DNA from: Lama glama
Lineage: Eukaryota
Reading direction: 5' to 3'
Length of the DNA stretch: 64,000 nucleotides
Assembly (NCBI GenBank): GCA_028534125.1
Contig: CM052832.1
Span: 11,596,001-11,660,000 of the forward strand
Part shown: positions 1 through 12,123 of the stretch, piece after piece
How positions within the stretch are numbered: position 1 is the stretch's first letter
Layout: each line of letters begins with the position of its first letter
Program-made: the position numbers and the translations under genes
The notes under the pieces: model-generated
Told to the model about the DNA's origin: nothing
The model's input: the letters and a program-made list of their open reading frames with translations, nothing else
Databases searched by the model: none

Positions 1-663
1 CTGTGTGTAAAGAGGCTGCCGGGTCCCGCAGAAGTCACCATGATGAGCTGCTGCTAGGGCCAGCCACGTCAGGGATGGTGGAAACATGGACTGATGTTCG
101 CCCCTCCTGCGCCAGCCAATGATCAGCAAGCCAATCCTGTTGTCTCTCCCTCTGAGCTGCAACACGAGCCAGTTCTCTCTGGCCTGCAGCTCCCACTGAT
201 GATGGAGCCAGAGGAGCCCGGCCAGACTTCGGTCGGCCAGCCCGGCCAGCCGTCAGCAGGAGCGAGGCAGCCAGCCCTTGCCCCGCCCGTTTGGATTCTG
301 GTTTCACCACAATGTCCAATTCTGCCACCTTTGCTCCCTAGTCAATGAGTAGCAAGTAGTTCGAGGGTAGAACCGGGGACCAAAGGGCAGGGCAGGAATG
401 GCTATGTTCTGGGATGGGTGGGGGAAGATGAGGAAAGGGCTGCAGGCGCTTTTGGTGTGACTGGGAGAGGAGAAAGGAAAGAGGAAGAACGAGCACAGGA
501 GAGAAATGAGAGACATCATGTCTGGGCATCTTGCTCTGATGTGAGAGGAACCCCAGGAGGGGACACCAGGCCACCTAGTCTGCTCCCGATAGTGGGTCCA
601 ACAGTACCTCTGAAGTGCCCCATGGCTACAAGGGCTTGGTACAGAAAGCGAGAGCTGGCCGTA

Positions 664-852
664 CCTCTCAGGGAGCCCCTGACAGGAGGGGGAGACACAA
701 CCCCACCCTCAGGGACCCCAGGCTGAGGGGAGACACAGCCCTGCCCTCTGGGAGCCCCAGGCTGAGGGGAGAAGGGGCCCTGCCCCCAGGAAGTCCTGGG
801 TCTGACAGGGAGACCCCAGCTGTGCCCTAAGAGAGCCCCCAGGCTGAGAGGG
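664..852 (+). repeat. Degenerate ~39-40 bp GC-rich minisatellite, about 5 copies
   Basis: Recurring unit like CCCTGCCCTCAGGGAGCCCCAGGCTGAGGGGAGACACAG; resembles an L2 3'-end motif. Confidence 0.75.
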
Positions 853-2215
853 GTATCTGCAGAGGCTCGCGCCCATCTCACCACAGGTGCTTCTGTGGCA
901 TTCATTTGAATTCCTGTAAACAGAATTGGGAAATCCCAGGAACTAAAACACGTTTAATCACCCTGGTTTACTGCCCTTCCCTGGGTGACTCAGCAGTAGG
1001 AAAATCACAGCTGAGTGACCCCGGAATGAAATCCGAAAGGGAGAGTGAGGCTAGAGGCTGCTGTCCGCGGCTGGTCTCCTCCACACCAGTGGCTGCTCTC
1101 AGCCGGTCACGGGCAGCCCCTGAAGCCGCTGACAGGGCCGCTGGAGCCCCCGGGGGTAGGAGGACGCCCAGCCCCCGGGGAGCCCCCACCTCAAGGCTGG
1201 GCCTTAGATCCAGGCAGGATCTAAGGGGCCAGGGCACAGAAGTGGAAGTCTGGGTGGTCTGAGGAGAGTCACCGGCTGCCCAGGGCTTCTGACTTCTGCC
1301 CTTTCAGACACACAGCAGTCCCCTCAGCTGGAGGCCCTCCCTCTCCTTCCAGGGTGCCACGTCCTGCTCTCCTTCAGCCCCGTCTGGCCCCTCAGAGCTG
1401 CCACCACACCCTCTGTCTGAGCCCCCTTGCTGACACCTCACTGATGTGGGGTAGGTGGGGGCTTGTGTCCTTTATTCTCATCTTAGACCCTCAAGCCTCC
1501 AGAATAGGTGTTTTAACTGCAGCAGAATGGGCCCAGTCCTTAGGAAAACATGAAAGAGGAAGGGAGGGAGGGAGGGGGGAAGCAGGGAAGGAGAAACTAG
1601 AACCCAGACTCTGTTTTCTTGGCAGAAGTAAGAGTTCAGGGAACGTCCAGCCCCACTCCCTTTCCCTGGGAAGGTGGAGGGGACATACCTCCCTGAGCTG
1701 AAGGAGCCTTAGAAATTTCCTAAAAGTGAGGCCCAGCAAGGGAAAGGGGCCTGTACCAGGATCCACTGTCTCCCTTCCTCTGCCTGACTCTCCAACCTTG
1801 TCCCCAGACCCTGGGTTCTGGGCCAGCCTGTTCTGTTCTCACTCCAGAGGGTAGGGCAGTGTGGCTGTGGCAGTGGCCGACTAGCTCCACCCAGGGTCGG
1901 CTCATTTCATCACCTGGAAAGCCTGGCCAAGGCTTGCAGCTTCTGAGGCCCAGGGAAAGCTGTGCTTGGCAAACGCAAAGCCACTTGATCCCCATCCCAA
2001 ATTTTATGCAAGCACCCAGGACACTGTAGCCCCAGCCGGCAGCAAGGGCTGGACTGCCTGGGTACCCTTCCCCTGCCGAGGCAGCTTCTGGGCTCAGTCT
2101 AGGCTAGGGAGGGGGTCCTGGCATAGGCTGTTCTGGAGGGGTCCCGCCAAGTTTTTCTTACTGCCCCCCCAATGGCAACAATATTTGGAGATGATTATAA
2201 AAATTACTATTCTAA

Positions 2216-2671
2216 TATTGAATCACTATGTTGTATAATAGGTACTAACATAGTGTTGTGGGTTAATTATACTTCAAAACCAAACAAATTTACAGAAAAA
2301 GCGATCAGATTTGTGGTTATCAGAGGCGGGGGTGGAAGGGGGAGGACAGGGAGGAATTGGTTGAAGGCAGTTGAAAGGTACAAACTTCCAGTTATAAGAT
2401 AAAGAAGTACTAGGGGCGTGATGTACAACACAATGAATGTAATTAACACTGCTGTATGTCATATATGAAAGTGGTTAAGAGAATAAATCCTGAGTTCTCA
2501 TCACAAGGAAAAACTTTTTTTCTAGTTCTTTAATTTAGTATCTATGGGAGATGATGGATGTTCACTAAACTTATTGTGATAAGTATGTAAGTCAAATCAG
2601 TCTGCTGTACACCTTAAACTTATACAGTGCTGGGTGTCAATTATATCCCAATAAAACTGGGAGGAAAAAAA
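2216..2671 (+). mobile_element. 5'-truncated LINE-1 3' end
   Basis: Typical L1 3' UTR text (GGTACAAACTTCCAGTTATAAGATAAA...CTGTACACCTTAAACTTATACAGTG), AATAAA at 2650, A tail, flanked by a CTATTCTAA duplication (~2207-2215 and 2676-2684). Confidence 0.85.
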
Positions 2672-2709
2672 GCTGCTATTCTAACTTCACCTGTCACTTC
2701 ACATCGATT

Positions 2710-2895
2710 TCCTCACCTGAGTCTCTTACCAACTCAGTGAGGTAGTACTGTTACTTATTACCCCTACTTTATAGTATGAGAGGACCCTGGGGCCCTGAGA
2801 GGCCGAGTGACTTGTCCAGGTGACCCAGCTGGTAAGTGGTGGAGCTGGGACTGCTCGGCTCCAAATCCTTGCTCTTTGTCACCACACTGCCTCCT
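2710..2895. mobile_element. MIR SINE fragment; representative of many others (e.g. ~3840, 12580, 17950, 23270, 36400, 36890, 43330, 44570, 52220, 54815, 57820, 62640)
   Basis: MIR core-like motifs (GAGAGGCCGAGTGACTTGTCCAGGTGACCCAGCTGGTAAGTGGTGGAGCTGGGA; elsewhere GAGGAAACTGAAGCTCAG). Confidence 0.75.
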
Positions 2896-5526
2896 GACCT
2901 CTCAAACTCCTCCTTAGGAGAAGAGTACCCAGAACCCTGAGAGTGGGAAACAGACTCTCTGGGTAAATTACAAAGTGGTTGCAGGTGCTGAGGGAGTGGG
3001 CTGTGGTGGGACTCCCTGGCTCTGCTGTTACACAGGTGTATATCGGAAACCCACTTGGACTGTCCCCTTTGCCCACCTTCACCTACTGGGGAAGGGAGGG
3101 GGCAGGAATTAGCATTTGACATCAGAGAAGCACCTCCTGGGTGCTAGCGCTGGGTTGGACATTTATAAGATATTTGGCCCAGGGTAGGTCAGATAATTTC
3201 AGAGTTCTTTGGTATTAGAACCAGCTGGATTTGCAGGACTAGTGCCCTGAGGGTGGCAGCCTCTAAAGAGAGGATGTCCAGAGCTCTGCCCTTAGATCTT
3301 TCTTGCTCAATACTGTCATTAGAGACCGCCTACCGTCCACTGCCCACCATGAGTTTCTAGAGAGGGCCATGCAGGGTGGCGCTAGCAAACAATGCAGAAG
3401 ATGGGATCCAGGTGGCAGTCTACCTAACCAATGATGATGAGTTTGTGTCAGTCAATGTTCTTGAAACAGTTGTTGAGGCCCTACTGTGTGCCAGGCCCTA
3501 GGGAACCACAGGGAAAAGGAGGGGTCGCTGCATCTGATACAAGGTTGGGGGTTGAGTGGCCCCGCAGGAACCAATGCCAGGTTCAGAGGCCGCCCTGCCC
3601 CCAGGATGGACTGATTCACCCAGGAGTAGGGGGTGGGGAGAAGGGCATCCTAGGGAAGGTCTTATCTGAGCTAAGCTTTGAAAGGCAAATCAGAATAATT
3701 TCAGAATAATCAGAAAGGCAGGAAGCCCAATAACCACAGATTTAGTGTGAAAATCAAATGAGACCATAGAGGGGGAAAGTATCTTGTGGCCTGATTTAAA
3801 AAAAAAAAAAAGACAATTTTGAGGGCCTGTTATGCTTCCACAGGCGAGGAAACTGAAGCTCAGAGAGAGGGCGTGACTTGCCCAAGGTGAGCCAACGATT
3901 TAGAGGCAAACACAAGGCTTGAAACCAGACCTTCTGATCCCAGCACTGGGTTCTGGCTCCTCTACTCTGACTTCTCCAGAAAGTGAATTCAACAGTAAAA
4001 CTGCTTTTCTTAGTATCTTAGTTCACAAATGGTAATACAGAGTAGGGGTCTTTTACCCTATCATGTGAATTAGAGGTCAGCATGCTTTGCAAAGGGACAG
4101 CAAAGAATAGGGCAGTGAGGGAAATGGAGAGGGAGGTTGGGGATGAAAAGGGACAATTTGGGATGTAAGGTTTGGGTTGAGGAGGATTATTAAAGTACCC
4201 AGACAATGAGGGACAAGAAGGTTTGTCTGGAACTGAAGAGAGAGCTCAGAAAAGAGAGAAGAGTGGGCCAAACACAAACTTTACCGGATTATCAAAGGGC
4301 TCAGGTGAGAAGCCGCCTGGGATGAGGTTGGAGAGACCCCTCTCCTTGGCCCTCTCTGAGCCTCTGACACATCTGAGCCCTGCCCTGGGGGCTGACAGGA
4401 CCACCATCTCCATTTTCCTTCCTTGTGCGGAAGGGAAGAATAAAAGAGACTCTCAGACAATCATTCAAGATTCCGGGCCACCCTTACTCCCATCCTGAAT
4501 GGCGTGTAAGGAGCCTTGGTGGATTTCTTTCACCTGTCTGCTAGAAGCCACAAGCTGGCAGTGGGTTCTTGTTCATTGTGTGAAAATGCCAAGCCTAGAA
4601 ACTCATCCCCAAGTTAAATGGACTCTAAGGATAAGACACAGTTGATGACAATAGCAGCTGCCAGTCTAGGCAGGCCCAAAAGCTACAGTGGGCTCTTTAC
4701 ACTAAAATCTCATCTCATCCTCACAGCTGCTGTCACAGGACATGCCTAGATCCCACTTTACCGAACTGGAGAAACTGAGGCTCAGAGATATTTGGTGGTT
4801 TGCCTGAGGATACCTGGTACAACAGTCCAGAGCCTTGGACCTTCCCACTGCTCTCCTCTGCCTCTATCACACCCAATGCAAAGTACGCATACATACAGGT
4901 GCCAAAGGGAACTACTGCTTCTCCAAGATAAATCCGTGCTGCCACCCGGCTCTGCTAGCTTTTTCACCAAAAGCAAAAGTTCAGGCCTTTCTTTTTTTAA
5001 CTGAGTGGCCTAATCTCATCTAAAAGCGTAAATTCAATGAGACCATTTGAACCGTGGTAACAGCTCTGTCACCCCCATTATTGCCTGTTACAAGGGTGCT
5101 TGGGGACCCCAGTCTGGGGACACCTAGCAAAGTCAGCCTATCCAGTCACTGGAGTCCCACCAGGTGTTCAGACACTTGGGGATCTCCTCTCCACTCAGTC
5201 AGTCTTTGGTGCTTTATTGAGCACCTATTTATGCCAGGCACCAGGACGTCCAGGACTGGGCGTGAGGCTGCATTCCTTTGTAATCTGGAGGCGCCAGTTC
5301 ATCAGGTCAGGTTCTCTAGGAAGCAGTGCTGAGATGAAGACAGGCATGGGAAAGGGTCCCTGGAGAGCCACTTCCGTGAAGGGAAGCAGGATTGGGCAGA
5401 TCTGGCAATCCTCTACCAGCCCGACAGGGAACTCCCAAGCAAAGATTGCCTGTTGGAGGAGCCTAGACTGAACTTGGCCAATATGACCAGGCCCTGGGGC
5501 CACTGCTGTGCTCAGCTTCTGCCCTC

Positions 5527-5662
5527 AAGGCCAGGACTGGAGGGAGGTGAATGAGGTGCCTCATGCACAAAATGAAAGAAGAGCCCGTGACCCTGAGGGC
5601 CAGTACATCCTTACATTTTGTGTCCCAGGTGCCTCGCTCTCCTCACCCTACTCCCAGCCCTG
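5527..5662. mobile_element. Short non-autonomous hAT DNA transposon (MER91-like MITE)
   Basis: Degenerate terminal inverted arms (GGCCAGGACTGGAGGGAGGTGAATGAGGTGCC ... GGTGCCTCGCTCTCCTCACCCTACTCCCAGCCCTG). Confidence 0.55.
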
Positions 5663-7439
5663 GGGATAAGGAAGAGACTAAGAACTGGAACCATCAGCTC
5701 ACCACACTCCTTGCAAGGGGCCGCAAGTCCTTTCTTGAAGGGATGTGTGCACGGCACACCTCTGTGTCTGCTACATTCTTCATTTCAACAAATATTTACT
5801 GAGCACCTCCGGGTGCCAAGCTTGAGGGATGTGCAATGAAGAAATCAGACCAGGCTCTGCCCTGGGGAACTTTCAAGTACATCTCCCTGCATGTACCTGG
5901 GTGTGTGTCTAGATCTCCTGTGTCGGGGTCAAGGTGGCCACCTGCCAGGGTTGGAGCAGACCTACAGCTCTGGCTGTGCCCACTTCTGTGCGTGCACGCA
6001 GGAGGCACACACACACGCAGAATCAAGGGGCTCTGGAAGGGTTGGGATGATTTTAAAGAAGCTGCAGCTCCAGAAGAAAGATGGGACGTGCAAAGAGAAG
6101 GAAGGGGCTGCCAGGCAAGTGGCCTGACAGGTGAGCAGAAAACTCCAGGCAAGAGTAAGGGAAATCGGGTGAGGGCGGTGGGTGGGGGAGGCAGCGAGCC
6201 CATGTCTGGTCGGGCAGGAATGAGTAAGGAGCAGGTGACAGTGAGGGGGACTCAAGCAATCCTTGGCTGACAGCTGGGCTCATAGCCAGGAAGGAAATTT
6301 TTCTACTTCCTTAAGAGCTGGGGAGTGGAGGCAGGAGAAAGGAGCATGAAGGAAACCTGCAGGCCAGGAACCAGGGCTAGGGGAGCCCTTGAGAAGGAGC
6401 AGGCAAGCAAGTGGAGGACAGGGCCATGAGAACCAGCTGAACCCCTGGGCAGGCTGCCTGTCATATCTGTCAGTCATCAGATTGTGAGCCACATGGAAGC
6501 AGTGTATTTGAATAATTAGGAGAAGTGGCAGTAACATTATATAGTGTTTACATAATGTCTCCAGGACTCCTCACCCGCAGATTGAGTCCGTTTTCCAGGC
6601 CGGAAACCTGGGAGTCATGCTAGGCTCCTTTCTCCTTCACTCCCGCAGTCCTCAGTCCCAAAACCAGTTGACTTTTAGAAGACTCCGTGAGTCCTGCTCT
6701 CTCCTGTCCCCATGGCCTCTTCCCTTGCCTGGACCAGCCTCCCCTCCTCCCCCTGGAGTTAACAGTCTCTTGCCCGCCTGTCTCCCATCCCCCTGCCCCC
6801 CATAACTATTCCCTTTGCCATGAAATGTAACACCACCCTTTCTTGCCTAAACCCCACTGTCCTCAATGCAAAGCCCCACATTCTGACTTTGGCCTTCAAG
6901 ATATGACCCCTACTCTGCTTTGCAGCCACCTCTGCTCCCCTTCTGCAACTCTACCCTGCAGCTCTGTTATCAAACTCACTCCCCCTACACAAGCCCCCTC
7001 AGGGCTTTCTTGCCCCTTGGCCTCCCCAGTGCTGTTCCCTCCTCCTCCTAGAACATGCTCACTGACTAGTTTCTGCCGTGACCTTCAGGTCTCAGCTTCT
7101 GCACTGCTCACCCCCGGAAGCCCTCCCTGGATTCCACACCCCAACTCCAAGGTTAGGTATTTTGGCGCCAGTTCCCTGGCATGGCGTCTGCCAGGGTTAC
7201 TGGTTAATTATAGTGACTCCAAGAGGATCAATTCCCTGTGTTGCCGCAGGTGCAGCCCAGTACCTGTGTCATCAATACACACTTTTTGAGCATCTACATA
7301 ATGTCAGCTACCACGATGAAACCCTGGGGAAACGGTAGGGACTTAGCAAATTTCCTGTCTTCACCGAGTTTCACTGAGCTCTTGGTTTTTGCATATCCCA
7401 CAGTTACTATAGGGAGTGTGGACTTGTTTTACAATGGGA

Positions 7440-7575
7440 AAAGAAAAATGAAAAAACAAAGGAAGGAGGGGAGAAAGGGGGTAAAGACAGAGACAGGGAC
7501 ACAGAGAGAGGGGAAGGGAGGAAGGAAGAAAACGAAGGGAGGAAGAGAGGAAGGGGGGAAGGGAAGGAGGGAAAG
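7440..7575. repeat. Purine-rich (GA) low-complexity tract
   Basis: Almost exclusively A/G on the + strand. Confidence 0.8.
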
Positions 7576-8399
7576 ATTGATTCCTGTCCATACTCCTGAG
7601 TGAGGCAACCCAAGCTCTTCACAATCAGGGCCCTGCCCTGCCCAAGTTTCTTGTCTTACTTCTTTCCACTTCCCCGCACAAACTTTTTGTTCCAGAGGAA
7701 ATGCGGTTCCCCAAAGCGCACGCTTTCTCCCACCTCTGAGCCTTTGACCACGCTGGGCCCCTGCCTGGACAGACTCCGCTGGCCCTGGGGTTCCTGCCCC
7801 CTCCAGACTCAACTCTCCCAGGTCTGCTCCCCAGCTCTGAGAGATGCTTCCTCCTCAGGGCTCCCATGACAGGGGCTCGTACCTCCCCAGTGGTTCTCAC
7901 TCCATCGCATGTTATCGTCCAGATACCACATTCTTCTCCCACCAGCCTGAGCTCAGTGAGAGTTGAGACTCGCTCTTCTCAGATCCTAGAGAACCTCGGT
8001 CTGGGCCTGGCCCGCAGCAGGCACTTCAGTGTCTGTTGAACTGAATGAAAAGGCTTTTGACTTAAATCCTGCCCTTTACTCACCACCAAGTTAGTCTCCT
8101 GGCCCTAGTCAGGCCAAGGTGCCAAGAAGGCCAAGAGGAGGGCTGATTTTCCAGCCCACTCGGCCCTCACAGGGCAGGGCTCACTGCACGGCTCAGACAC
8201 CTTTGCCATGGTGTGCCCCCATCCCAATTTTCTCGTGGGTCCTTAAACCTAGTGCACTATAGGCCTGTAGGCACAGGGACTTCAGGGTCCTGAGCTCAGA
8301 AGGACACAGACCACACCTCAGAAACCCCTCTCCGATGGCTCCGTCCCTCCCCTGACACCTAACACTGTAACAGGTACATTGTTGCTGTGTTAAATCTAC

Positions 8400-8745
8400 A
8401 TAAACGGAGTCACACATATGCCCCCTTGTGACTCTGGCTTCAACGCTCAACAGTACATTTGTAGGAGATGCCCAGTCATGTGTTCATTTTTTATCCCATT
8501 AAAAGGAGATTTCGTAACTTATTTATCCATTCTACCTTCCATGGGTATGTTGGCTATTTCCAGTGTTTGACTCTTATGTATAATGCTGTTACAGACATTT
8601 CTGAACAGTCTCATAGCGAGTAGACATGTGCATCTCTGTTGGAAAAAAAACCTAGAAAAGAAATTATTTGGTCATGCGACATGCAGGTGGTCAGCTTTAA
8701 AGACACTGCCAAACAGTTTTCTGCAGTGGTTGCACACCATTTATT
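8400..8745 (-). mobile_element. Old LINE-1 (L1ME-like) fragment
   Basis: Antisense L1 motifs TTTATCCATTCTACC..., TTTCCAGTGTTTGACT..., CTGCCAAACAGTTTTCTGCAGTGGTTGCAC. Confidence 0.65.
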
Positions 8746-10759
8746 TTTTAAATACAAGAGAAAGTCTAAGCATACATAAACATCTACATTCTCCTCCCCT
8801 TCTTAGAAGGAGGGGAACTGGGTGTTTAGAGGACAGGGCTGGGGGATACTTAGCTGTCACTCAGCAATCCTTATACCTTTGGAATTTTGACCTATGTTAA
8901 ACTGTAAACTAGTAACCTTTTTTTTTTTAATTAAAAAGAAGGGGAAGCCTATGTGCTATTCAGGCACCTTCTGGATGTCTTTGTAACTACCTCTTATTTC
9001 TGCCCATCCCCAGGTCCCGGTCTGAGAGTGACACTCCCTCCCCTCAGGACACTCCGCTCTTAACTTTGACCTAAATGCCGACAGTTATCAGGGAACAGAG
9101 AGCCCCTGGGCTGAGGAGGGAGGCACCGTCCCCACCTGGAAAGAGCCCCCCCGCAGGGCAGGAGAGCCGGGATTACACAGCCTTGGAGGGAATGGAGGAG
9201 ACAGAACAGTGGGAGTGAAGGAACAAACCCAGATGGACTCACATTCCAGATTCTTTGGAGATTATCTGCAAAGACTTGTTAGTTAGGAAGGGTTGGAAGG
9301 GCAAGGTGACAGAAGGGAAGGGAAGAAGGGGAACACCACCAGGAGTGTGGGGAGGGAGGCAGCGTGGGGAGCTGGACAGTGGGGTGCTACCCCCCTTCTC
9401 CTTCCCCTTTAGACACTTCCACCCACCCCCACCTCCCCAACCTCAAGAACGCTGGACATTTCTCATTCAAGGACACCCCCCACCACCTAGTCACTCAGGC
9501 CTGGGGGAATAAACAGAGCGGGTCCCACCCCACCCACTCCTGCCCCTTGACCAGGGGGGCACCTGCCCCTCTAACTGCAGCCAAGAGGAAGTGGCTGCCT
9601 AGCTGGGCCTGGAGGAGGGAACAAGCACCTTCCAGCTGCGTCTGCTTCTCTCCAGCCTGCATCCTCTAAGACTGCATCCTCTGAGAGGGAGAAGAAGCAG
9701 TGAGAGGTGTTGCCGTGACACCTGCAGAGTTAGGACGGCACTCACCCACTCTTTCATTCATCCCAGCAGTGAAGTGCGTGCTGTGGGCCAGGCTCGGCTC
9801 GGTGTGTGGAGCCGGTGGCAACAGGCTAATGTGGCTCTGCTGAGCCTATGACTGAGGTGGTTTCCTGGCTTGATATGATTTTAGAGAGAGCAGGAAGATC
9901 CCCCTCCCCAGTGAGGCTTCCCCTCTAGCTGGCCTGCAATACCACCATTATAGCCACTTAAATGTAGATCAGCTAATCCTAACCTTGAAGCCCCCATCTA
10001 GGAGGAGGCAGTCCTAGAAAAATAATTCAAAATTGCAATTTTTACAAAAATATATGACCCAGGGAACATACTGCAGGGGCTCATTGCAGCCTGGGAAGGA
10101 CTCGTGTCGGTGAGGTGGATGCTAAAGCTGGAGCTTTGTGAGTTTTGCAGTGAAGCCAGCTCACTGCTTCTTGGAAGTGCAGAGATTAACAGAAGGAACT
10201 GATCATAGGGATAAGGTTCCTGGGAAGGTGCTGGATGCTGAGGGCCGGCATTCTGACCAGGCAGGAAGGGCTCCAGGGCGGGTGATGTCCAGAGGAGATG
10301 GTGGGAAGGGGTGGTGGCTAAGGCTCCTCCCCAACCTGATAGATGCCCGCCCCCACCACCTCAGTGGGCTCAGAGCTCAGTCTGAGCCTCCCTACTTGCA
10401 GCCAATAGGAGCCTCTGGTGCCCCCTTCGCAGCACAGTCAGGGAGGAGGTGCTGGATGCAGCAGGGTGGCGCAGTCTGAGCTTCCACTCACTGTGGGGGT
10501 GCCTTGAGAAGAGAAAGCAATGCCCCCTGAGGGAAGGCAGGCGGCTGGTTCCTCACCAGCTGAGTGGACTGTTCCTCTCTGGGTCCCAGTCTTCACTCTG
10601 GTTCAATAAAGTGGTTGAGATAAAGCAGCTTGTACCAACCAAAGGTTTATGAAAGACCAGGGTCTCCCAGAGTCCTCCTGGCCGGGGGCTTTTCAAGGAG
10701 GTGATGATGTCTACTCCATCTCCGTTTCTTACAATTTTAATAAAGTTTATTTTTCTCAC

Positions 10760-11322
10760 CATGAAGGCCTTTCTGATTATGGCACAAACCCTAGAAGTCA
10801 TAAACTAGAAGCTTGATAAATTCAACTCCAAAAAAATTATACTTATAAATGCCTGCATGAAACTGTCATAAACAAAATGAAAGGACAAACAACAAACTTG
10901 GAAACATACTTGGGGTTAATGTCGTAAACGTACAGCTAATTTCCCTCATATAAAAAGAGCTTCTAAAAATCTATAAGTGAAAAAACCCTACAATCCTCGA
11001 TACAAAAAAAGTGAGCAAAGGACATCAACAGACAATCCAAGGGGGGGTTGGATTCAAATGACTCTGAAGCGTTTGAAAAGATGCCAACCTCACTTGCAAG
11101 AAGAGAATTGCATATTTAAGCTAGCACTAACATACCACTTCCACCTATAAGATTGGCAAGATCAAACATTTGTTAGCACCCTGAGTTGGCAAAGATGTGT
11201 AGAAACAGCACTGGGATCTTTCTGTTGAGCGTGTAATTGGAACAAGCCCTCTGGAGAACAGCTTGGCTATAGCTATTGAGACTATAGATGCAGGTTGAAT
11301 TTGACCTAGCAATTCCACTTTG
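10760..11322 (+). mobile_element. Old LINE-1 ORF2 3' fragment
   Basis: A-rich degenerate ORF2 motifs (GCAAAGGACATCAACAGACAAT; TTTGAAAAGATGCCAACCTCAC; TTTGACCTAGCAATTCCACTT). Confidence 0.75.
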
Positions 11323-12020
11323 CTGTTCTAGTTTTTTGCATTTAAAACCACCTAACCATCTTAGCTACTTAAAAATAAATTAAAACAAATTAAAATCTTC
11401 CCCCTAGAGCGATGTGTTTACTGAGTGAGCCAGCAGTTTCTGCCACACATCTCTCCAGGGCTCAGCTTCTTCCTCAACTACACGTGAGAGTTGGTGTGTA
11501 TTTTCTGATCATTAAGCAATTTTAAATAGCTTTTAAATACTGTCATTTATTCTTTTATGTCTGTCCATAATGGCTGGTTGGTTAGGAAGGGGAAATAGAA
11601 AAAATACTGACATGAGGCATAGCAACTTAACAGGAAGGCTCACAATTTGCCTCAAATTGCTCAGCACCTTGCAGTCGGGTTTATAATTTGTATTCATCTG
11701 ATCAAAATTATTTTAAAGCATAACAGGACATATCAGTTCTTCAAAAATAATACGAAAGCAAAAACAGAAAAGAGCTGATTCTTTCCATCTGGCTTTGCAT
11801 TTACTGGAGATGGAGACTACGTAGGGCAGCCATGTGCTAGGCGTGGAGACGTCCTTAGACAAACTGTCCTGAAACCTCCTCTCCTGCTGAGTAGAGACCA
11901 AGCTTGAACGGTATGGCAGGGAACCAGTTGGTTTTTCATGATATGAAATGCAAGAATTCCCCACATTTCATGTCCTGAAATTGTCGATGTTCTAACATAT
12001 AAAATAGTGTGAACCCACTC

Positions 12021-12123
12021 TTTTTTTTTTTAATTTTACCTTTTTTTAATGGAGGTACTGGGGATTGAACCAGGAGCTCGTGCATGCTAAGTATGCACTC
12101 TACCTCTGAGCTATATACCCACT
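12021..12123 (-). mobile_element. tRNA-derived SINE (camelid vic-1-like)
   Basis: Reverse strand reads GGGTATATAGCTCAGAGGTAGAGTGCATACTTAGCATGCACGAGCTCCTGGTTCAATCCCCAGTACCTCC plus A tail; flanked by AACCCACT at 12012-12019 and 12124-12131. Confidence 0.85.
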
